Part shown: positions 37,549 to 50,841 of the stretch, one piece after another
Layout of the letters: each line of letters starts with the position of its first letter
Position numbering within the stretch: position 1 is the stretch's first letter
Assembly: GCA_043228905.1 (NCBI GenBank)
Contig: JBHGNT010000007.1
Coordinates: forward strand, 2,480,001-2,544,000
Length of the DNA stretch: 64,000 nt
Source: Azolla caroliniana
Taxonomy: Eukaryota; Plantae; Polypodiophyta
Direction: 5' to 3'
Notes under the pieces: generated by a model
Told to the model about the DNA's origin: nothing
Databases searched by the model: none
The model's input: only the letters and a program-made list of their open reading frames with translations
Translations under genes and position numbers: made by a program

Positions 37549-40454
37549 TCAAAGCCTACAACATAGATTATCTAATGAATAGTTAATGTGGGTTTTAAAT
37601 TGGAACATTACATTGCAAGTGTTTCACCCTTGATGTTGGGCTCAATCCAAGATTCAAGATATATCCATCCAAGAGCATCTTACTATTGAGCCTAGGCTCT
37701 CAAAGAGCCTTAACACTTACCTAAACTTACTCGCACAAGTTGTGTTGATGTGGCATTCATATGGCATCATCACCCAAGCATGAAGATATATAAGGTGCAC
37801 AAGGAGAGAACCTAGAGGAAGAGGAATGTCACTTGCTTCTTGCATGCTCAATATGCAAGTTAATTCACGAGAAGTACGATGACTTGTTTGATGGCCACTT
37901 AAATTTCATGTTGCACTCAAAACTCCATCGAGAAGGATGAACCCCCATCTTAGGAAGGAGCCACATACAAGTTGACATGTTGGTTTGGTCCCATAAGTAA
38001 AAAATTGTTGGCCCGCTCGTGGTTGCTAAAAATAGATTCTATTATATTCCCTTTATGGCCTTGAGTTTGTGTCCATGATTTCCCAAACACCATTACTTAA
38101 CTAGCCCATCACATCCTTGACTTTTTTTCTTGTTATTTCTTCCTCATAACCCCATATGTCCTCACTCGCACCCCAAACCCCCACCTAAAAGGATGTATTG
38201 TTTTGTATTTCAAATGAAAACTTACTCAAGGGAATGCATGAATGTCCAGGTCCCCAACACAAGAAAGATATGACATGTATGTTTGTATCATGTTGGTTAA
38301 CTTGACCTTACCATACACAATGTCATTTTTGTTTCGGACAAAAGCTGATGGAATGTATTGTTCCTAGGCTCAAGCTCCTAACTCCCAACTCTCCTCATCC
38401 CCTCTTGACAATAATAGAAAAGAAAAGGAATGTATTGAGTTTTTTTTAGGAGTAGTACTTGACTTTAGAGGGGGGCTATTCTTGTAAATAAATGGAAGTT
38501 CAAGGATACTCCTAGAGTTTTGTTTTTTCTTCAACAAAATTTGCATGTGCAGTCATTACACCACTTGTTTGATGACATTGTTCAAAATGGATAAAATGGA
38601 TAAAGGAAATCTTCTAATTTTCAACATTCATAAGAGACATAATTGGTGTGAGAATGTATTGCCTACTTTATAACATCATACACAATCATTGGATCTCAAT
38701 CTTGCAAGCCACAAGATTTCTTCCATGAATTTCAACGGTGGTGTGGTGATTTCATACCTTCGCACATTGATTTTCAATGGTGATCAAGTCTTACACATAT
38801 TTGCCCATGCTTTCAGGAACAAAGAATAGTTCATGTGGTTTCCCTTTTGGATAGCATCATCTTTGTTGATGAAGGTTTGTTGTACACCCCACTCCTTTGG
38901 TACACAATTTGGTTGTAAGATGGGGAACAAAAACATCATAATTGCTTATACTATGTATGAGGGTAGTTCAAAGTCTCTTGGAACTCAACAAATAAAGAAA
39001 TGTCCAACATTGTTAGAGGAAATTGCATCTTTGCCACGCTCTACCTTCCACACCATGAGAGGCATGGAACAAATTGGAAAGTAGAAAATGGACATTGTCT
39101 CTTCCATGACTCGAACAAAATATTAACAACAATATTTCATAATTACCAAATTATTATTAATTAATAATGATTAGTCTTCATGAGATTATGTGTAATTATG
39201 TTTGTAAACCTTTTGGTAGTTTTTTTGTGGTCTCTTGGTCATCACCCAATTGATATGGATCCAAACATTTTAATTTTTGAGAAAAAGAAGAGGTTCTAAA
39301 ATGCCTTCATTTCCTTATCCACGTGAATGACTCCTTCAAACTAAAATTGAATTTGATTGCATTATGGTAATCACACATCTAACCCGAGCTATGACGTGCA
39401 TTGTTATAGTATGAGTATTGATGAAGCCATGTGTTTGTTGCATTGATATATATATAAGTATTGGGTAATGCAAAATGGGTATCGGATGAGCATGGATATA
39501 ATCATATATCTAGACCATTCAATAAATCCAAGGTATCATGCCCTCGTGCTTTATCATCGCCTACCTTGTTCTAGAATGCATATAAGCATTTTGTATGGCC
39601 TTCTATAAGAGCTTGAGAGTCTAAAACATATAGCCATAGTGGTGTGAGCTCCATTATTTCAACGCGCAAGTATTGCATTTCTTTTTGTTGGGAGATTTGA
39701 AAAATGTGGGATGGTGTTTTAGTTTCTTGTAATTACTTTGCCACTGGTGTACTTTAGCTCTATCTAACCATCAATGAACAAAGATATGTGGTTTTGAAAT
39801 AAGGACTGAAGCATAGATGTTAGATTTTGGGATATAAGATACGGTCGACATAATTTACATTTGGGTTTGTGTTCGAAGATGGTTTCTAGCTATTCCATTT
39901 ACTCAAACAAAATATTGGGAAAATCAATATATAGCTTTGATATTGATAGACCATAGTCTATAGCTAATCTCCATGTAAGGAGATGTGGTTATTATATATG
40001 CTGATTGAACAAGGTATTGGGAATTTAGAGATGATTATTGGGGATACTGGCCTTTTCACATCGCAAGAAATGAAATGAAATGTTTCATCAATGCCTTCAA
40101 GAGGTTAAAGCATTTTGCATTTCATTGAGAAACATCATTTTTCACAAGTGCACAAGTTTGGGTCCATGATCGACAAACAAATTTGGGTTTGGTATGGCAA
40201 TTGAGGTGTTTGGGAGTTAAAATCTTCGTTTTGCCAAGCATAAAAAATTTGTCTAGGGATCACGGTTTTTTTCAATTGACTTATTGCAACACATTTTGTA
40301 TCGTGGATTACCAACTCGATGAGTGATCGCACAAAGAGAGTACCATTTCTTGGCTTGCAGAGAAAGAGGGAGCTCTAGGCAGCAATATGTGAAGTGCCTA
40401 ATGCGATTGCTTGGGAGTATGATAAGGAGGTGCCAAAATGAACACTGGATAGAG

Positions 40455-40750
40455 TCGATACAAGCAAAGGTGTAGTAAAGGTGAATCGGATCGGCACATA
40501 TTAAAAAGGGGGTTGAGCAAAGATCAAAGTCCCCGATGATTCGGAGGAAGTAAATAGATCGACAAGATAGGATTGATACAAGCAAGGGCCAATAAAGGAG
40601 GATTGGATCTGCGAGGATTAAAAGGTCCCAATCAAAGATCAATGTCTCTCCGATGATTCGGAATAAGTAAATCCGATCAACAAAATTGATACAAGCAAGG
40701 GCCAGGAAAAGGAGGATCGGATGTGCGAGGATTAAAAGGCCCGATCAAAT
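40455..40750. repeat. ~118-bp tandem duplication (about 2.5 copies) upstream of CPN20
   Basis: CCGATGATTCGGA...ATTGATACAAGCAAGGGCCA...GCGAGGATTAAAAGG occurs at ~40532 and ~40650, with a partial diverged copy before. Confidence 0.85.
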
Positions 40751-40920
40751 AATATAAGAGAAGTCTCTCATTTGATTATTAAGAGTAAGTATGTAAATTG
40801 GATAGACAAGAAAGAATTAGAGTAGACTTAAGGACTTACAAAAACCTCAGCCAAAGAAGATAAAGAGAAAAAAAGGGGGGGTGTAGCAGAGTGTCAAGCA
40901 AAACCTTAGCCATCAAAGAT

Positions 40921-40973
40921 AGAAGAAGAAGAAGAAGAAGAAGAAGAAGAAGAAGAAGAAGAAGAAGAAGAAG
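40921..40973 (+). repeat. (AGA)n trinucleotide microsatellite in the CPN20 5' leader region
   Basis: Directly visible; explains the poly-Arg/poly-Leu ORFs. Confidence 0.95.
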
Positions 40974-41061
40974 AGGAGATCTAAGTTCCTCTGTTTTTGG
41001 TGCGTGGATTAAGACAGAGACGAGTTGTGTGTCTGCTCCCCTGTGGCTTCCAAGGTCTTCC

Positions 41062-44000
41062 ATGGCACCTGCAGCGATGATGACGATGATGGTAGGAAGC
41101 TCAGCCTGCAACTTGGGTTCCAGCAGAAGCAACCTCTTTGGAACCAACATCAGAAGCTTACCAATTCTCACCATATCCAATCGTCCATCACGAACATCCC
41201 TTTCAGCTCGTTCTGCTACCTCCATTGCTACCAAGGTATAACCCCCTCCCTCCCTCTCCCTCTCTCTCTCGCTGTGTCCTGTCTTTCTGGAAAACAGTCT
41301 TTTTTCGCTCGATAGAATATGGCATTATTATTAGCTGTAATATATGTAACCTTCTTTATGCTATGTAATTTTTTTCATGTGGAGTAAGAACACATGAGCA
41401 TTTGGCAGCTGGGGTTTTTTCGTCTTCTAACTTATGACTTTCAAAGGATATGGTTTTGTTTGGATGAAGATATTCTAGGTTTTCCATATATACAAATTCT
41501 TTGAATGCATGAAAATCTCTGCACGGGTTTATGGTGTAGTAAATTGCTTTGAAGAATTGGATTTTTGTATCCAAAAGCAGGGTTCATTCATGCTGCTTTG
41601 AAGCATAAATGAAGATAATTTTAGGGAGTAATTTACCTCAATGCACCACTTCGTAGCATATTGTTGGGTATATGTAAAGAGATTATTTATTTTATCTCAG
41701 TTCAATTTTTATGTTCCCCTCACGTCACCAATTTGAAGCATATGATTTTGTATGCATGTGGATAATTCTAGGGTTTACTTCACTTGGTTCTGTACATATA
41801 AAGATAGAGCTAGGTTTAGCTCACTCCACACACTGCTTTGAAGCATATGATCTTTATATGCAAGAAGATAATGTTAAGCTTTACCTTACTACATTACCTT
41901 TGAGGCACATGATTTTGTGTACATGAAGAATTAATGAAGATATGCCAAACTATTCTCTCAGTTCACTACTCTGAAGCCCCTTGGCGACCGTGTTCTCGTT
42001 CAAATTGAATCAACAGAGGAGAAGACTTCAGGTGGAATTTTATTACCTGTGGCTGCTCAGAGTAAGCCTCAGAGTGGTCAAGTGGTCGAGGTTGGGGATG
42101 GGAAGTCCTTTGGTGACAAGAAATTAGAGCCAAGTGTGCAGGTATTTTCTCCTTTTTTCTGTTTTTCTAAGTACATTTTGTATGGTTTATGGAAAGATTT
42201 ATGTGAATTATGTTTACTATTACACTAGGATCATTTTGGTGAGTATCACACTTGGATCATTATGGTTACTATTACAGTGGGTTCAGAGTAGTTTCTATTC
42301 AACTAAGCTTATTTTGGATGATAGTATAGAAGGGTTATTAGGGTTTCTATTGTATTTGGCTTATTATGGTTTCTTATTGATTAAAGTTTATTATCATTGC
42401 TCTAGCACTAGGATTATTATTGGTTCTATTGCACTAGTCTATTATGGACCATGATTGCTATTGCATTAGATTGCTTTTATAGCAGCCTTATATAAGGTTG
42501 CTATTAAGCCCATTGAATTTATTGTTTCTAGCCGATTTATTACGGCTATCAAATTGTTACAAGCAGTTTATTATGATGGCTATTACATTGCTCTCCTTAT
42601 GGTTTCTGTTGCACAAAGTTCTATATGGTGGTTATTATGTTGGGCTCGTTATGGTTATTAGCTTGAAATCTTCGAGCATGTTTTGGACATGAAATGGGTT
42701 AAAAAAGGAATGTTTAATATTGTACCTAAAATCTCTGATTTATTTAGATATTTTATTCTTAGAAAGTTACGTCATGATTATTTATATGTAGAATTATGCA
42801 TGCACTACATGCATTTTGTCACCAAAACTGATAATACGTATTGTATTATTGTTTGGTTAAAGGATAACTTAACGTAGTACAATCAAGAGCAGTCCTGGTT
42901 TTAGCTTTTATAATTAACAGCCATGACAGTAGACTTATTGTGCCTTCTCTTGGTATAATGACCTTTGCTCAGAAAGGGAGTAATGTGGTTTATTCCAAGT
43001 ATGCTGGAACAGAGCTTGAGTTTAATGGTGTAAACCACCTTTTGCTGAAAGAAGATGACATCTTAGGCTTCCTTGATACTGATGACGTTCGAGATTTGCA
43101 ACCACTGCATGATAGAGTTCTTATTGAGGTATTTGTGAACCTAGTCGGTTATACAACAGTCCTAGTGTATTTTGTAAGCTGTAAATGATTCTTGTTGATG
43201 TATCTCATCATTATTTTGTATATTTTTCAGATAGCTGAATCAGAGGATAAAAGTGCAGGAGGTGTATTGCTAACTACTTCATCGAAGGAAAAGCCCATTG
43301 TCGGAACGGTATATTGTGCTCGTGAATCTTTTTGTTATATTGTGCTGGTTGAGCCTGATTTTTGTTGTAAAATGCTCTCAGAAAGCTTATACTCTAAGCT
43401 GTTTTTTGTTGCAAACCCTAGACCACAGCTGCAATTCCAGACATTGATGTCTATGCAACAGGCTAAACCGTAGCGGCCTCTCATAAACCCTTAAGCCCAA
43501 CACTCAATCCTAAACCGTTAGTTTAGATTCCCCATTTCAGTGTCTTTTGGTCAGTAAACCATATATTCTGAACCGCATATAAACCCCACTACCCCTCCCT
43601 TAATCCTTTTGCCCATTTTCATCTCTATTTTGGCAGATTAAACTTGAGAAAACCTCAACCAAGGTAAGATTCCTATATTTTTACAGTCAGCATATTAACC
43701 CGTACTGCACAATCAAAACCCGTGTAGAAAATTCAAAAAACCTACTCTAAAATCAGATTGCTGCCATTTATTATACTCAAAAGATTAAATCCTAAACTCA
43801 TCTCGTAAGCTGCAATGCCAACCCGCATCCTAATCCCAAAATTAAAAATCAAGATGGTTGATTTATGTCTACTTGGCAGCTGCACTTTAAACACAAAGTT
43901 TCTCATAAACCCTAACCCCTTAACCCTAATTTTATAAATCCAGCTTAAGATTGGTAATTTTGTGTATTTGGTAGGTTAAAGCTGTGGGCCCAGGAACATA

Positions 44001-44148
44001 TTGTGAGGATGGAACGCAAAAACCTCTCGACATCATCCCGGGAAACACCGTAATGTATTCAAGGTATATTGGCCATGAGTTCAAATCAAAAGATGGAAAG
44101 GAGTTTGTAGTGATCAAAGCTATGGATATCTTAGCTGTCCTACCATAA
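41062..44148 (+). CDS. CPN20: Chloroplast 20 kDa co-chaperonin (tandem GroES domains) with transit peptide, 253 aa
   Basis: Exons 41062-41235, 41962-42141, 42973-43128, 43231-43308, 43975-44148 = 762 nt in frame. Ser/Thr-rich transit peptide, [58 protein letters not shown]. Confidence 0.96.
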
Positions 44149-46306
44149 GCTATTTGCAGTGGAATGTCTTCTTGAAACTTAAGCCATTTTTTCGATGAGA
44201 TGAGTTGGGATATCTCAACTGGCATATGAGAAAAGCTATAGAGTTTAGTTTCTTTTTTTGCCTCAAATTGTGTTTGTGTTTCTTTATTTTCTGATATTTG
44301 GTATGTGATTGGTGTCGTGTTAAAGGATGATATTTGTTGGAGCGTAACTGCAAATACCCAATTAGGCGAGATTCCAAGATGTGAAAATGTTGTTTGTAAT
44401 TCTGTTATTAGTCCCTGGATGTGATATGGAAAATGCTTCGCGTATAATTTATATGCAAACACTACTTAATTGTTTCTTAACTTCTTGTGTAATAATATGA
44501 AACTTTGGTATAATTGATGGCAAACACCCTTTAGAGTATGTGGATTCGTGCAGTATATTTAATGTGAAATAGAATGTGGAAATTTGTATGAAACTGTAAG
44601 GATATGATGTGGAAATGGTTACTGTATACATGATGTAAAGCGTTACCTAAGATGGTGCTTGCAGATCAAAGACCTTAACCACTATCACTACTAATGTTTT
44701 TTGTTGGAAAACTATTAAGGTACTACTAAGGAAATTTAAAAAATTTATGTATTGCAAAGGAATACAAGATTTTTGTTGGATCATTTCACCATTTCAATGA
44801 ATCCCTAGATTCTCTGTCTTGTATGTTTTGGCTCAATGTAAGGTTTAATCATGTTTGCCCCATTAGCATGGATTATTTCATGTATAGGTGTTGTAACCTT
44901 TGCTTCAGTGAGTGCTAATGGCTAGACAGTAAGACATTGTGCACCTTTACTATGCATACCCATGCCTTTGGGGATCTAAGCAATGATGGGTCTAAAAAAC
45001 AAAGTCTTAAATAATGCTACACCCAAGGGTATCCTCTTAGCACGGTTATGCATGGTTGAAATATATGTTGGCTATAGAACAATTAACAATGTTTTGTCCA
45101 AGAGATAGAGCTAGGACCTTGCCACTTGTTGCATTCATATATCAAACTCATGGTTGTAGTGTCACTTGATGATAATACTCCAACCATTGCCTCTTTTGAT
45201 GGTACCATCCACTTTTTAACTTTCTCATTTTATGTGTATGGGTTATTTCTTTGTAGCAATGTTTGGCTTTGGTTTTTGGGGGAAAAGGTTGTGCTAAGGA
45301 AAAATGTGTTAAGAGTTCTTGAACCTAGGGATCCCCTTGGTATGGTCATATAATCATATTGGATAAGCTTATGGGACACATCACCATGCTTTTTCCATGA
45401 TGTCTTTACCACTTACTTGCATTAATATACCAAACTCATGGCTGACATAATAATTGACAACAATCCTAATCAACCATCAAACAACTTAAACCAAGGATCG
45501 TGGTGGTACAAAACATCATAACTTCTAAGGATATGTTTAATAATATTGAAGAGGTCATCGATAACAAGAGGAGTTAATGTGCGAATGTCTTGGCACTACC
45601 TGCTTCATTATGGAAAGGTATAATCTCATGTAGCATAATGGATCAACACCATATCTTATATGTGGGTGCAAACACACGTTCCTATGGTTTCAATCATTTC
45701 TGCAAATACTTAGTAGTATGTTGTTGCCATTGGGATACATTTGTATATATTACTCATGTACATAACTGCCTATATGGAATGTGAAAGCTTTTGACTCAAT
45801 TTTTCTTGTGAAAGTTTCACCTTCACTTTGTGAACCTTATGTTGTTTTTATATACTTTCCACAAGTAAGTTCCTTTGATCCATATCAATCAAACTATTAA
45901 GTACTAGTGTATGTTTGACCAACTACTTTCATTGGCATTGGTAGTAGAAGAGAAAGAGAACATTTAGATACCATGTGAAGAGCTTGATGTCATAATATGA
46001 AAGGGGACAAAGGCCATAATACTTAAATTCTAAGTATAAAATGTAAGCCTTTTGCTTCTACTAATACTACTACTACTTCATTCCTCATAATCTAAGCTAA
46101 AGCCCCCCTCGCTCATCATGATAACCTTGATTAAAGCCTTAGTGTTAAGTGCTTCACTCTATGACTTGGATTAATCTCGTATTCATAATAACCTTGATTA
46201 ATGGTAGTATGTGATTATCAACGTTCATTTAGATCATCAACACAATCACATATAGCTTAAGCATGATTAATAACCATACTTACCAATCCAACCAACATTA
46301 GGGTAA

Positions 46307-46896
46307 ATGTTAGAATCTTTATTAATGCTAAGCAAAATTAAAGAGGGAAAATAAGGAAGAAAGGGTGCCAATCCTCCTGAGCACCCCCTAGCAAAGGTGA
46401 GAGATGGATCCAATTCCCTTGCCGATGTCCCATACCACAATGTACGGACATGGATCATACCTTGGGTTTGACAAAGGAGGATGTACATGTGTATGAGGCT
46501 AAAGCTTTGCCACATTGTCAGAGTCTCGACTCTCCATCTCAAAACAATACAGAAAAGAGATCCCTTGGTGAAGGTACCTAGCCTTCTTATATAGGCTCAA
46601 ACCCTAGGTCATTGCGTGTGTTTCCCACTTGGTTGGTTTTTTTAATAAAAAGTAGCCAAGTGATGAAACACTCTAAAGTAAGTTATCACCCCTGTAGGAT
46701 TCAGATAACTCAATCCTCACCCTTCATTCCTTATGCATTAGCCCACTGCTATGGTTACAATTATGTTCATAATAGAAAACAATAGCTTGGATCCCATTAA
46801 ACCTCAATGAGGAAATGTAGCTCCAATTGCGAGAAAGATGTGTGCTTGGTGTAACACACTAGAAGCAACACATCCACCATGTGTAATGGGATAACA
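46307..46896 (-). mobile_element. Probable solo LTR, boundaries uncertain
   Basis: TGTTA at 46307, TAACA candidates ending at 46856 or 46896, and a minus-strand CCTATATAAG TATA box at ~46590. TSD is only partial (GTAAA / TGAAA). Confidence 0.35.
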
Positions 46897-49800
46897 TGAA
46901 ATTCACACATAACCTTTCGCCATTCTAATTATTTGATTGAAAAGGTAAAGATAATAGGCATGGCAACGTGCGTATTGGTTTAATGATTCATAACAGTTCA
47001 TATGATGAAACTTTGAATTATGTATATATCAAACTAAAAGACAACAAATGTATTTGCAATGTTTCTACTTAAAAAGAAAACAAGTTTTTTGATTGTCAAA
47101 TATATAATACATTCATTATAGACATGATTCCCAACTATGGTCATATCAACCTCAAGTTTATGTGCTTTTGTGATTCACACACTTTCTACTTAATTAGTTC
47201 CCGAGGGCTATAAGAGTCGTAAAGAAAAACAAACAAACGGCCTTCTATTTTCCAAAATGCCCTTGATCAATCCCAGAAAAGAGAGAAAAGTGAGATTATT
47301 TTGACAATGTGCTTTCTCAAAAGCACATACAATTGGGAAAAAGGGAACAATTTTGCCATATTATTGCCCACTTAACATATTGCTTGAGACAAGAATAAAG
47401 AATAAACATATTGCCTTACTATTGCTGAAATAACACATGCAATTGACGAGGGCTAATTTGAGGCAATAGTAATACCAACAATGTTAAGCATATGGGGAAA
47501 TTATGAAGACATATTGCTTCAAACTTTTCAAATTGTGAAAAAATCTATAGGTAAGACATGATGTCGTAAATGTCAATACACTATGATCATTCCATAATTT
47601 TTAACACGAAATAAGCATATTCAAAATTAATGAGTAAGCAATGTTTTCAAAGGAACATTCTCATCTTTCTTCATTGAGGAGAAGAAATTCAAGTATGATG
47701 TTTGCTTTCTAGTTAAGATGGTTTAACTTGCCATGAAAGCACATATACGTGTCTGTGTGCTTGGGTGCTTAAACTAGAAGCCAACTGCTCTCGATACCTT
47801 TGAGGAAAAGTTGAAGATAAGGTTATGTATTGGAATGGAGTAAGTTCTTATCATTAACCTTCTAAAAAATCATAAACACAAAATAGTCCCTATCATCCAT
47901 GATCATTATAAAGCACTTCTCTAAGGCTCTCATGAATAAAGCACGTATTTATTGATTCAATCTTTGGATAAATGTGCAATAAATGGCCATCCTATTGAAC
48001 CCACATGTTATACTTGAGGGCAAGGCTCACGATAAACCACTTGGTCTTCATGTTTTTTTATTTATTAAAAAATTGTCTAGTCCACAAAGGCAAGTGTCTC
48101 TTGCGAGCATTATGTCAAGGATAATTTTTGTTTTGGTTCCCCTTGGTCTTCTTCCCCTTAAGAGGAATCGTACTGAAGTATGAGTAATGATCTTATACGA
48201 TAAATTATCTCACAAGTTAGGGTGACTTATGTGATCATATACGACGTTTCACAAAATTATGTGTGCACGTATACATCCTCATCAATTTTTGTGCATGCTT
48301 GTACACATATGTGATGATGTATTTATGCATATCGTGGCATGTTATAGGTTAACACTTACGTAGAATCATTATTTTAACAATTCGTTTTTATTATTATTGG
48401 GATGTCCTTGAGCATTATTTATTTAACTCTACAAGTGTAGCTCCCCGATTAGACTAAGGGGCCTCGGCCTAGGATCAATGCATTGTACATTTGGAGTGCA
48501 AAGCCCTTATGTATGTTTGTAGATGTACTAGCAAGATTAGGTTACAATGTAATCGTTTCTCATCCAAAATAATGTTTTGTCCTTGGCTAAAAAATCAACT
48601 TCTATAGTTGTTTTATAATGAAGTTTGTGTTATGGACACACACACAACTTTACGTTATGGTACTACATTAATGTTATACCGTTCGCTTTGCCAACTTTCA
48701 AATTTAAGGGCTTCATTTGCATATATTGGATTTAGTTTCATACCTTACCTTAGCCCCACCTAGATGATGGTTCAACTCCTACCCAAGTATTTATCGAAGA
48801 TGGATCGCTTTATTCATAAGGATTATGTTCATAAGGGTCTTTTTTGAGGGAATTTGACATGCATGTGTGTACAGTGTCATAGATATTTGAGAAGATGACA
48901 AAAAACCAATAGAATTGAGCTTGGATGAATGGACATGTGTGCATAGTCATGTACACCTTGATCAACTTTGTACTTTCTCTGAAATGATTGAGCAACTTGA
49001 GATAAGTAAAAGTGATGCTTATTTCACACAACGCGGAATCTATTTTGTAAGGATGTTTCTTAAAGAAAATGAAGTGTCTTCTACTATCAATAAAAAGAAG
49101 CAAGATATAACTTGTGTGCTAGTGAAAGTCTTAGAAAAGTATCCGTTTAGACTAATAATTACTTAACACTCTGGCAATAGACTTCCCTTTGATTAGAAAT
49201 CAATATTTCAAGCGAATATTGAATAGAAAGACATTTCAAACGGCCAACATCAATAATATAAGCATATGTGTGTGCAAAACGACAAGCAATTGAAATTACA
49301 TGCGCATAAAACATATAAATGATCACATTTTGGATGAAGGTACACTAGAAGAAAGATACTTTTTACTCATTTGATGTGTTCTTACACTTTGGGGAGCTTC
49401 CTGTCCTGGTAATTTGTAGTAAGATAATGGATTGTGGGAATATATGTCAAAACCATTATAATAAGTTTATACCTAGGAAACATAAATTTATCACACCTCT
49501 TGCCCCAAGGTATTGTTTATATCTAGATGAAAAAGCTAACTACATTCGCGCTGCGATGAAATTTGACAAATATTTTGGATTGGTAGAAGAAAGCATGGGC
49601 TTTTTAAGAGAAAGTTTCCTCGAGAGGAGAGGAACATGATGTGAGAGAACACGACAAAATCCGAGTGTATTAAGTTCGTTCCTCGGTGGAAAGGTAATAA
49701 GATGGAACAACGAAAAAACCATAGTAGATGAAGGTAAGTAAAGTGAAGACGGAAATGGAAGTAAGGAAGAGAATAACAATAAGGAAGTTTGTTCGACGAG

Positions 49801-50806
49801 GAAAGGATGAGAGAGACCATGGAAAAAGAATCCAACTGGAAGAAGCGAAATGGAGTGGGGGTCAAAATGAAGACAAACAAACAAGCAATCGAAAGTGAAG
49901 GTTCTTATTATGTATTGGAGGAAAGAATGCATATGAAAAGAGAGGGAGAGAAAAAGTTTTTCTAGAGACAATATCAACTCTAGATTTGGGGTAACTTTTA
50001 ATGCAAACAGGAAATCTAGTGGAACAATATATATATGTATGTGAATGTCATTATCAAAACAGAAGAAACTCATTTGCATGCATGTGCAATGTTGGGTGTT
50101 TGAATACATGTACAATTTATCTACATATCTATCTACATCATTGGGAGGTCGGATAATGGAGTAACTCGTGATGATATTAATGATCCTATCTAAGAAGATG
50201 GGAGGACAGAGAACCATATGGGGGTATGCTAATATGATGTAGCTACTATGAAGGCATGTCTTGTGTACATACATTTGTTATTCCTTGCATGATGACCCTT
50301 GCTCTCTAGTGTACGTAGGGAGGCAACACATATGATGATTTGTGTGAGAGAAAGTATGAGGTTACAATGGGGCATGTAGAATTGGCAAGACGTGAACACA
50401 TGCACACTGGAAGGTTTATTAGATGGCCTTTCGTTGGGGGGGGGGGGGAGGGGACCCATGTTTTTTTCCTAGGATGTTCCGATACTACGAAAGCTTCTTT
50501 CTTCGAGCCATGCTTCAGCTGGTAAGTAATGGAGAGACAGGTTGTCCCACCACAATCGTGGTGGTCATCGGGGGGTTAGGTTCCGATACGAATCACGCCT
50601 ACGCCCTGGGTTTGGCGTGCTTTATGTGTGGCTCCGGATGGTAAGATCCGAAGCCGTTCTACGGTATGGTAGAACGATGCAGCTTCTCCGAGAGAGAGAG
50701 AGAGAGGGAGGGAGATGGTTCATGAAGATATGTATGTGCATCTTGTATGCGATGTGGTGTGTGTTGTTTGTTGTGTAGGATGGCCACATATATATCAAGC
50801 AATGGC

Positions 50807-50807
50807 T

Positions 50808-50841
<34 letters not shown>

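Noticed and set aside
40836-41241. Poly-Leu and poly-Arg ORFs
   Set aside because: Products of the (AGA)n microsatellite in the CPN20 leader.
49540-50274. 244-aa minus-strand ORF
   Set aside because: Low-complexity F/L/S/I composition from purine strand bias; no recognisable domain.
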